64,000 nt of DNA from positions 50,902,001 through 50,966,000 of the forward strand of contig NC_043007.1 of the NCBI RefSeq assembly GCF_006345805.1. Direction: 5' to 3'. The notes below the pieces were generated by a model. The model had not been told where the DNA came from and did no database searches. It worked only from the letters and a program-made list of their open reading frames with translations. Origin of the DNA: Octopus sinensis (Eukaryota). The translations under genes and the position numbers were made by a program. Shown here piece by piece: positions 53,347 through 64,000 of the stretch. Positions within the stretch are counted from its first letter, which is position 1; each line of letters begins with the position of its first letter.

Positions 53347-53476
53347 GTTGTATGTGTGTATGTGCCTATAAGCATGTGCATGTATGTATGTATGTATGTA
53401 TGTATGTATGTATGTATGTATGTATGTATGTATTGTATGTATGCACATGCTTATAGGCACATACGCACATACAACA
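53346..53476. repeat. 36-bp inverted repeat (one mismatch) around a (TATG)n loop
   Basis: 53346-53381 versus 53441-53476. Confidence 0.88.
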
Positions 53477-54908
53477 CTGTAGACAGATGGCGGTTCGATT
53501 CCCGTCTGAGGTCATACTTGTAAATGTTTTAAATATTTGCCATTAATTATTTATTTTTCTACGTTTTCGCTAAATAGTTTTGCGATAAAGTAACAGCTAT
53601 GCAGTATTCAAATAATAACGAAAATCTGTTCGAGGTCGTCTAACTAAGTGAGAACGTTGTCTAACTACAATTTCTTTTGCATCGAAGAAGGCTGAGAGTG
53701 TTTGGGCCTGCCATCAAATTAGACAAACTAAATAATGCGTCAGAATGTTCAAATAACTTTATATACATAGGCAACATCAAATATATGATAATAAACAGTG
53801 CCACTATACTAGGTATGACCAAACCAGTACAACATGGACGTGAAGAATGAAAAAAATTGCGAACTAATGTCTTCACCACTAAAGTCTTCATTGTAGGGTG
53901 ACTTCATTGCAGGAGAGGTCAGAATCTTCCAAATTTGGGCAGATATGCTAGGACAGCATAATGCAGGCAAATACTATTCTAATAGTCTCCTTCAACTAAA
54001 ATCCTGCAATACATATGATCATTCGATTGCAAGACAACAAGGATGTACTTACAGATCCAGCATATTTAAATTCCAATAATAGTACGTGAAACTATGTCGT
54101 CATCACACAGCGGAGTGACTATCACCGTGTCTTCTTCACTAAGGTCATGTGATGAGCAGAATGCTGGCCCAATTACAGAGTAGTAATAGTCAAACATACC
54201 TTGATTGTCAAGCCAAAATAATTATTATAAATAATAATTATTCCCAAAAGGATCGATATTGCCAAATGAAAATCAGAAGTCACTGCTGATTCTGTTGGAA
54301 ATTACTTGAGGACTGAGTTATTCGACCTGAAGTTTGATGCAGTAAAAATTAGGTAAGCATTAAAGACACAGCACTGAAACTTCTGGATGAGTTCAGAAAC
54401 ATCAGATTTGACTATCATTCGATGCAGGTTCTGCGATTATGGAGAGCGGTTGTTGATGACTCGTTTAAAAATTTATTTCCGACCCTCTATAGAGGAATGT
54501 TGCTTGGAATTTTAAGACGTGTAAGGTACTGACATGGAGGATAGCCAACTGCTCCTTACATATTTATGGAACCTCGTGCTAACAGTGACATGTTTTTAAT
54601 AACTGCTGTTGGGATATCAAGTGAGAAAAGCACAATGCAGATCAAAAAGTAAAACATAAATGCTTGAGTGAATAAAGTTGCTTATTGATTAATTATTAGT
54701 ATGTAGCTTTTACTGAAGGAAATCGATCCTTAAAATTTACAGGATTTAAACATTTTTTAAAAATTCCAATTTTGATATACTTTAATACATATTTTTTTTT
54801 TTTTTTTTTATCAAAATGTGGTTTTGAACGACAGGATTCAAGCAGAAAACTATTTTAGTTCACTCCCTGCCCTCTTTGTGTCTTTTTTTCACACACTTTA
54901 TTTGGAGC

Positions 54909-54963
<55 letters not shown>

Positions 54964-55464
54964 TTACCCCCTCTCTCTCTCTCTTACAGCTATTAATCCT
55001 ATTCCTATTAAACAAGAATTTTTGTTCTTGGAAGATAATTTAAATTTGGTCTGTTTGATTTCCTTATCAACCTATACCTGGAAGGCATGACCAAGAGAAG
55101 AAACCCCGAATAAAGGTCGTGTAAGTAAACGATCACCTTAATCTGTTTATTTCATTTATAATGTGTGGGATATATAGGTATATGTGTATGCATACAAATA
55201 TGTGTATGTATTCGTACATATACGGATGTGTGTACATACGCACATATATGCATATATGTAGGTACTAATATATACGCGCGCGAGCACACACACACACACA
55301 ACTACACGTATAATTAAAATATTTTCGTATTTCCGTCAGTAAAACTATCTGCAAATCGTACAGGATATACACGTATATGCCTACTCAAAGATACCTGCAC
55401 AGAATACATACAAACGTATATACACACATACATAAACGCGCGGATATATATATATGTGTGCATG

Positions 55465-55511
<47 letters not shown>

Positions 55512-56238
55512 ACTATATCTATATCTCTATCTATATATATATATATATATGACATACATACATACATGTTTGTATGTATATGGTAGTCTGCTTATAATGA
55601 AACGTCAGCAATAAATTGGCTCCGTACACTTAAACACAGTATATCAGTGAATATACTTGTTGCAGCTGTCATATGAACGAGGTTGCATTCGTCGGACAGG
55701 TCCTGCCTGTGCATGTAATGACTCTTAACATGAAATATTGCAACCAGCCAAGACATGATGGCGCTACAAACCAACTAAATTTTTTCGCGAACACACACAC
55801 ACACACACACACACACGTACTTCTATAATATATGCATACATGCAATTAATAATTGAAAGTCAGCCCGGTTTTAAATCAAAAATAGTTAATAATATTCTAG
55901 TTCCACAGATGGTGTTAATGAGGAAAACATTTTGAAAGTGTTTCATCGGTACAATAAAAGCAGTAACAGCAACGACAGCAACAGCAACAACAATCCTTCC
56001 CTTCCGTGTCACAATGGCCATGTTTACAATACAGCGTCCTTTACGAAAAAACAAGCACCTTTAGATAATAGTTCTTCCCAATTTTGCCTCAAAATCAGAA
56101 ATTTTAAGGAGTGAGGGGCTTATTCGATACTGTCGATCCCAGCATATGAGTGGTACTGTATATTATCCAGAGAAATGAATCTCAAAAATATCTTCGGTGA
56201 GATATGAACTCAAAACTCGACAAAAAGGAGAAAATATA

Positions 56239-56418
56239 CGAGGTGATGCCGAAAGATTCCTGGCTTTAAGGGTATCTTGAAAGGCCTAGTTGGAAGCTTT
56301 TTGCAGGGCTTAGAAAAATTGAATGACTGCGGCAATAAGTGTGGGAATCTGATCATAATTAACCGATCCTCCTGTATTTTCTTTTCCCCAAAGCCAGGAA
56401 CTTTTCAGCACCCCCTCG
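56239..56418 (+). mobile_element. 180-bp mariner-type deletion derivative
   Basis: TA|cgaggtgatgccgaaagattcctggctt ... aagccaggaacttttcagcaccccctcg|TA. The internal peptide FLQGLEKLNDCGNKC resembles a mariner C-terminus. Confidence 0.72.
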
Positions 56419-57372
56419 TAGTACGGTATTTTGCCCAGCGTTCTGTCGATTTTCTCATTGAAACAATCAAATACATTATGTTATAATAATGAAATGTTTC
56501 ATTCACAGAGCTATAACCCTAAGAATGTGGAGTCAAACTTAAAAGTCTGTTTAACAGATTCCTCAGTTCATGAGTGACACCTCTCTCGCTTGTAGAAACC
56601 AACATGGATGTTAGCTGAACCCATACCGTTAATAAAAGAATATTTTCTACTCTCGGCACAAGGCCCGAAATTTTGGGGGAGTGGGGCAGTCGATTGCATC
56701 GACCCCAGTATGCAACAGGTACTTAATTTATCGAGAATAACAAGAGAAAAAGTTGACAGTTAATATACGTATTTGTTGTTGTTGTTGCTAAATACAAATC
56801 CCACTTGATTCAATGTCATATCTAAAACCAAAACCCATTCCAGATAAGACAATCCCATCGTTTATTCAAATACACTATGACTACGTAATCTCATGTACAT
56901 TTCCTATATATTAAGATAGTCGTCCATCTTTCGATTTTTAGTCATAGTTTATCTTGTACCAACCTTTTCAAATGTTTTAGTCCAATTGGTAAAAAGCAAT
57001 AGATATAGTCTGAAGGTGATTTAGCTACTATTTCCACTAGTTCAAGCAACCAAGTGAAATTCACCTCCACTTTTATTATAACCTGACACTTATTCAGATT
57101 CTAAAATGCCATTTGTTTTAAACGTACATGTATAATGATTAATTAAACATCTGTGGAATATTAATACTTCGGTAATCACCAGTAATGCATGCTGTTTGAA
57201 TAGATTTCGCTATATTTATAAAAATATAATTGACTTTAACAGCAACCATTGTTGTGACTTTGAAGATAAAAGAATTTGGTTATTTTGTGTGTGTGTATAT
57301 GCTTATGAATATACACGCGCGCGCGCGTATATATACATAGACATAAATGAACGTCTATCTAACTATCTATCA

Positions 57373-57444
<72 letters not shown>

Positions 57445-58054
57445 GTCAGTGGGGAAATGTTTTGTATGAATTTATCAACGTACAGAGACAAGCAAGAGCT
57501 TAAAAGGGAGAAGAAAGTTACTTATTACGAAATATATTAAAAACGTCAGACAATGGTTTGATGAAGATTGCCTGGAATTCCGCGAGACGACAAAACGATC
57601 AGTTTACAAGGAAATACAGAATTGCGTGTGAAGAAATGATTTCTTGCTTCGTTTGGTAAAGTTATCAGCTCTGATGCCAAGTTCATTAATTCTACCTTGC
57701 CAAAGCTACACGCAATGAGAGGTGTTTTTCTTGTATTCTTCTTCTGCAGGAATAGAAATATGTAAAACTACATCTATATCATTATATTTTGATTGTATTT
57801 AAACAATATTCTGTAATTTACACCTAACCCTCTCATAGGGTTTTGATTTGCTGGAATTCTAAACAATGCCAAATTTCTACAAACAAATTTCCTAAAACTA
57901 TGCCAAACGTGTGTTATTGTAGTTTAGGGCGCAAGTGTTACCCAGCTTATTTTTGCTTTGTTTAACTTTTTGTTTCTTTTTCGTATTTTCCTCTTTTTCA
58001 CGCACAAACATGCAAGAAACAATACACACACCTACATCTTTTTCTCCCTTTCCT

Positions 58055-58157
<103 letters not shown>

Positions 58158-58773
58158 CACTATATGCATAAGTGTGTGTGTATATATATATACATAATAT
58201 ATATATATAATCATGTGTGTGTTTGTTTGTGTACTTATGTACATATGTTTATACGTAGATTAAATATATTCTTTATATTCTCTATCTAAGCTAAATGTCC
58301 TTTACAAGTGATGCCAAACGTTTTGCTCTTTCAATTTTTAATCTATATTTACCTGCTCAAGGAAAACTAATTTCAGCTGCAGTTCAAACCTGAATTCCAG
58401 TGGTAAACCTAACTGATTACTCATAATACATAGCTATTATTTTAAGTCAATTGTAAATATGTGTATATCTATGAATATCCCGTTCCACTAAAATAATTTC
58501 GGAGTAACAAACATTTGATAGAACATATAATTATCTATAAGAAAAAAAGACGTGAATTCAACTTAGTTATGTCTCATTTATATTCCGTACAACCAGAAAC
58601 ACTCACCTCTTAATTAGACCGCTAAATATAACATACCATAGCCATGGCTATTGTAGCTAAATACCAATGAAATACTGCTATCGATTTGATGGCATGCATT
58701 GCCCTTTCACTCAATAATGATGATAACAACAACAACAACAACGATAATAATAATAATATTAATAATAATAATA

Positions 58774-58836
<63 letters not shown>

Positions 58837-59122
58837 CCTTTCTACTATAGGCACATGGCCTGAAATTTTGGAGGAGACCAGTCGATTACATCGACCCCAG
58901 TTGTTTCATTGCTACTTAGTTAAGTGTCCCCGAAAGGATGAAAAGCAAAGAATTTTAACCCAGAACGTGCAGACAGACGGAAGTGCCGCATAGCATTTCG
59001 CCCGCTTGTTAACGATTTTGCCAGCTTGCCGCATTAATAATGATAATAATTATTATTTCTTTACTACCCACAAGCGGCTAAACACAGAGGGGACAAACAA
59101 GGACAGACAAACGGATTAAGTC

Positions 59123-59124
<2 letters not shown>
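58837..59124 (-). mobile_element. SINE family B2 copy (58837-59035) plus a B1 tail fragment (59052-59124)
   Basis: Family motifs; a long (AAT)n lies at 58715-58836. Confidence 0.85.
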
Positions 59125-59183
<59 letters not shown>

Positions 59184-59184
<1 letters not shown>

Positions 59185-59775
59185 TTGTCTCTGGCTGCCT
59201 ATTCCTGATTAAGAAGGAATGTATCCACAGACATGACAAAGTTGGGACCAATATACACTGGAAGCTATGCCAACACTATGGAATGACAACAGAAAAAAAG
59301 ATGATACATGTATACCCCAGAAAAAGTTTCGGCAAATGACAAAACAATCACACACAGGCAGAGAAATCAAGAAATCAAGGCTAGTAGACAGGATATACTA
59401 ATCGATGAATCAATACTAATAGATGACAACGTATCTCTAAAAGAAACAGAGAAACTCTCAAAATACAAGGACCTGGAAATAGAGGTAACCTGAATGTGGA
59501 GCCAAAAAACATAAACAATACCTATAGTAATAGGTGCATTAGGTATGATTAAAAATAATTTAGACAAATGCATAACCAAAACACCAGGACTTACGAAAGT
59601 ATATAACATACAGAAAATAGCACTACTAGGCACCGCGTACGTCCTACGTAAAGCACTTTTAATAGAGTGAAAATAAGAGCACCACAAGAAGACATAGCAC
59701 ATAGCCAAGGCACACAGAGCTGCAATTGGTAGTACAGTGAAAGCACGTGATGAAAATAAGAATACTGAACAGTAA
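59184..59775 (+). mobile_element. 5'-truncated, degraded R4/Dong-like LINE preceded by (TAA)n
   Basis: IVSGC..KKECIHRHDKVGTNIHWKLCQHYG...EKLSKYKDLEIEVT*MW..TIPIVIGALG..IQKIALLGTAYVLRKAL, stop at 59668-59670. Confidence 0.85.
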
Positions 59776-59776
59776 T

Positions 59777-59910
59777 ATTCCTTTCTGCTATTGATACAAG
59801 GCCTGAAATATTTGTGAGGAAGTAGGTAGTCAATTACATGCCCCCCCCCCCAGTACCCAGCTAGTATCTATGCTGCCGCCTCCGAATGGGTGTAAGTCGA
59901 ACTTAGCGGT
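59777..59910 (-). mobile_element. Degenerate SINE family B2
   Basis: cctttctgctattgatacaaggcctgaaa..gtcaattacatg. Confidence 0.7.
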
Positions 59911-60179
59911 AAATGAATGTAACGAGTCGGAAAAATGATGTTTGAGGGCAAGTAAAAATTTCAGATTCGTATTCAATCATTGTTAGCTGAAAGATTCCGG
60001 ATTTGATCTCATTTCATAGCAAACTTCTATACTGTAGTCTTGTGATCACTAATACTTTGTCAAGCAAATTTTTTAGGTGTGAGCCATACAGAAGCCTGTC
60101 ATTCACACAGACACACAGATACACACACACACACACACACATACTCAATTCATTTTTGTATGCGAGTATGGATGTTATG

Positions 60180-60219
<40 letters not shown>

Positions 60220-60222
60220 GTA

Positions 60223-60264
<42 letters not shown>

Positions 60265-60368
60265 TAATAAAAAAAAAACAGAGAAAGAAAGACAAGACAA
60301 AAAGACAACCCGAGGATGTGGTAAGTGCAAAGTATTAATAAGGCGCTCGAGAAAGGAAAGAAAGGGTG

Positions 60369-60401
60369 TTTTACGTTTCGAGCAAAGCTCTTCTTCAGAA
60401 A
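60369..60401 (-). ncRNA. Minimal hammerhead motif with canonical core CUGAAGA in a pLTR-like fragment (60262-60440)
   Basis: UUU CUGAAGA A GAGC-UUU-GCUC GAAA CG UA AAA; stem I is only 3 bp. Confidence 0.6.
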
Positions 60402-60478
60402 AGAAAAGGAAGACGGAGGAAAAAATGGCCAACAGTCCACATGTAGCTACATTTTGGAATACGTGTGTATATGTGTGA

Positions 60479-60543
<65 letters not shown>

Positions 60544-60865
60544 TATAATTTAGAACAATCTGTAAAAGGTTTCATTATATTACTCGGAGTTTCAAATGTC
60601 GGATCGAAGAGCTACGATACATTCTGGTCGGCTACTAATGGCAAGAAACGCTATGAAAAAGCGTTGAATAAAAAGGAAGTAACAGTAATAGTTGGAAAAA
60701 ATATAGGAAAAATATGCGCACTTATATTCTCACACTACATAGACATAGAACCTTCCGCGTTTACTATTTATTATTTATGTGTGCGTGCATGTGCGTGTGC
60801 GTATGTGTGTGTCGATATATATAAATATATATAGAATAGATCGATCGATAGATAGATAGATAGAT

Positions 60866-61000
60866 AAATGTGGCTGTGTGGTAAGGAGTTTGCATCCCAA
60901 CCACATGATTCGGGGTTCAGTTCCACCGCATAGTACCTTTGGCAAATGTCTTCTATAACCTTGGATCGACTTGGCAGTCGGAAACTGAAAGAAACCCGTC
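60866..61000 (+). mobile_element. SINE family A head
   Basis: tggctgtgtggtaagg..ggggttcagttccaccgcatagtacctttggcaaatgtcttcta. Confidence 0.82.
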
Positions 61001-61286
61001 CTCTGTGTGTGTGTGTGTAAACACCTGATACGTTATAAAGCATTGATATCTTGTTTACGCCTTTTTGACTTTTGTTGGTGTGTGTGTTTCTCTTTCTCTT
61101 ATGAGCGTTCCTTGTTCAAACGTCAATTGCTTAAAAAACAACTGACAAAACGATCTTGTTCCCAACTTGAAAAATGGCGAAAGAAATTAATGTTTCGGCC
61201 AGGAAACCCTGTGTAGCTGTATTTTGCAAGACTTGTGGTGTCTATAATAACATTATCTTTACTCTCTTAGCTAATCGAGTGCTTTA

Positions 61287-61393
<107 letters not shown>

Positions 61394-61408
61394 ACATACA
61401 TACATACA

Positions 61409-61442
<34 letters not shown>

Positions 61443-62359
61443 CATTCATACATACATATATACATGCATGCATACATATGTATATATACATACATATATA
61501 TACATATATCCATCCATATATATATAGGGAGAGAGTGAGAGGGAGAGAGAGGAGAGAGAGGGAGAGAGAGAGGGAGAGAGAGAGGAGAGAGAGACAGACA
61601 GAGACAAACAGAGAATAGAATAAAATAAAAATATAGTGGTATCAGATTATGAGAATATTTTCCTTTTGGCAGCCACTTTTCAACCTTTTCAATTTTTGTT
61701 CCAGTTGATTTCATATTTGATGTGTTGATGTAGCTTCATATGGTAATCAAGGACAGGGAATTCATTTTTGCCATAAAACAATAAATAAAGAGTTAAAAGC
61801 TTTCAAAGTTTGAAAATCTTGGGTAATTTTTGCCAGTCGAAAGCCACAGACATATAGTTGCCTGCTTCTATAGCAACAAATCTAGATGTTACGGAGCTGC
61901 TTACTGAAGTGGTCATTTTTCGCTTATTGAATGCTTAAAACACATACCAACTAAATAAACCTTAAATCATGTACCAAAGTCTTTTTTAGTTTTTGCATAA
62001 CTGCATGAATTCCCGTGTATAAAATAAAAATGCGCAAAAATTTCTGAAAATTCCAAAAAATAAAAACTTATGAGGTGTTATATGGCGAGCATAAATCAGA
62101 ATTCGGCTAATATTTCATTCGTTTACATTTGACAACGCATGCAGTCACGCACAAAATGACAGCTCCCAAATCCTGTTTTCTGACAGGGTAAAAATTATCA
62201 AATTTTAAACCTGTGTAACTTTTTTGAAAAACATTTCTAGAAAAAGTGAATTCGCCCCTAAGTTTCAGCGTCAAAAATTACATCGCTACACCAATTTTTT
62301 AAATATTCAGTAAACTTTAAAATTTCCACAGGTGAAGCCGAACAGAAAAGATCCGGTTA

Positions 62360-62526
62360 TGACATTCGTATATTTAAAAATGAGAGTTGAGTTGGTACAG
62401 AGATACAGATTATAAGGAAGAAAGAAGTAACAAGGTGTGTAACTATTTCAAGAATAAATGCATAGATGATGCGTTTCCCTGTAAATGAACGGTAGCTATC
62501 CATGCAGTAATGATCTATTCCATTAT

Positions 62527-62574
<48 letters not shown>

Positions 62575-63045
62575 TAGACTCTTACTGGAGTGCTTTGGTC
62601 TACTTCTAGTGAGCGATAAATAGGAAAGTTTAAAGGGAAAATGGCAGAGAAAAGATCATGATAATATGAGGATAGATAAAATCTAACAGTGATGGTCAGA
62701 GATAAATATTTAAAATATTAGAGAAACATACATAGAAAGGAATGGACGGTGCTAGTGTAGGAGGGGAAGGTGCAAGCTAAGCTGTATGGTGTAAAGAAGA
62801 CCATGTGTATAATGGACGTATCATGGACATCACAAAAGCTCGCTACTAAGAATCTACCTCATTCAGTCTCCGGTAATCGAGTAGATCGTTACTTTATGGA
62901 TTAGCTACCGTTCGTTTTCAGGGAAATGCCCCAACTGCACATGCATTCTTCAAGCTGCCTTAAGAATCTATCTGTACATTTTCTTTCTTCTTTATGATCT
63001 ATATTCTTGTAACAAATCAACCCTCATGTTTACATACGTAAATGC
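62360..63045. mobile_element. Old foldback/MITE-like element with ~200-bp imperfect inverted arms
   Basis: tttccctgtaaatgaacggtagctatccat..gatctattccattatcggaga (left) mirrors tctccggtaatcgagtagatc..tggattagctaccgttcgttttcagggaaa (right). The similarity extends outward to atgagagttgagttggtac / gtaacaaatcaaccctcat. Confidence 0.72.
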
Positions 63046-63271
63046 CGTGCCTCTTTATACTTTCATTTTATTATACACATACCAGCCCAACTGATAAACC
63101 TCCTCTACCCAATTGTCATTAGGCAGCTATAGCTACCCAGCTTTTAGTTGCAGTTCAAGTTGGAGTTTTAGGCAGCAAGTCACACTGAACACTAATTGTA
63201 CTACCTATTAACTTACGTCATCAAACATGATGTGTGTGTGTGTAAGTGGACAGACAGACAAACAAATTGAC

Positions 63272-63328
<57 letters not shown>

Positions 63329-63329
63329 T

Positions 63330-63408
<79 letters not shown>

Positions 63409-63683
63409 TAATACAATTTGCTACTCGTAATCAAGTAAACCAGTGCCCACTGTTTCATAGCTGGGTCTGGGTGATCAGTCCGGCAACGCCACCCTTGGGT
63501 CTCAACTTGGTGAGTGTTAAGGGTGGGTGGACACAATGACATGATAAAAAATGTTTTAAAACTTTATAAGCTGTAGATACTTTACTGTTTAAAATAACCT
63601 GCAAGGAAGTTGTATAAAATTACGAATAAATAAATAAATAAATAAATAAATAAATAGATAGATAGATAGATAGATAGATAGAC

Positions 63684-63716
<33 letters not shown>

Positions 63717-64000
63717 GATAGATAGATGAATGAAATTAGAACATATTGGTGTTTCCAATACAACATACAGGTACATATAACCGCACACGCACATACACAC
63801 ATACACACACTAGTAGTCGTATATGTATGTACTTGTCTATGTCAGAATGTATACAGAGAAATAGAGCGGGGGTGAAAGAGAGAGAGAGGGGGAGAGAGAA
63901 ACTGAGATAGAAAAAGAGACGGACAGAGCGAAAAAGAGACAGTGTAAGAGAGTGAAATGTATGTACACAATCTCAATTCCTATTTTCTATTAAGTACCAT

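Overview
Eukaryotic, AT-rich, extremely microsatellite-dense DNA. The SINE families and (TA)n/(TATG)n/(GATA)n/(TAA)n load fit an octopod cephalopod, recognised from memory rather than by database search. Most supplied ORFs are microsatellite translations. The window is dominated by mobile DNA: three L1-clade Tx1-like LINE copies (one with a nearly full ORF2, 31490-34898), R4/Dong-like LINE ends, an RTE LINE with a twin-priming-type 5' inversion, Penelope-like fragments with minimal hammerhead ribozymes, two tRNA-derived SINE families, a Tc1 transposon (DD34E, IR/DR ends), a 1.14-kb THAP+SWIM DNA-transposon derivative and several MITEs. Host-gene evidence is thin: one well-supported minus-strand exon (45219-45404) and weaker candidates, including an EGF-like half-module exon inside a triplicated ~610-bp unit. 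The main observations are: a SINE 3' tail matches the Tx1 LINE 3' end; each retroelement class sits on its own microsatellite motif; and two hammerhead copies share a non-canonical CUGUNGA core.
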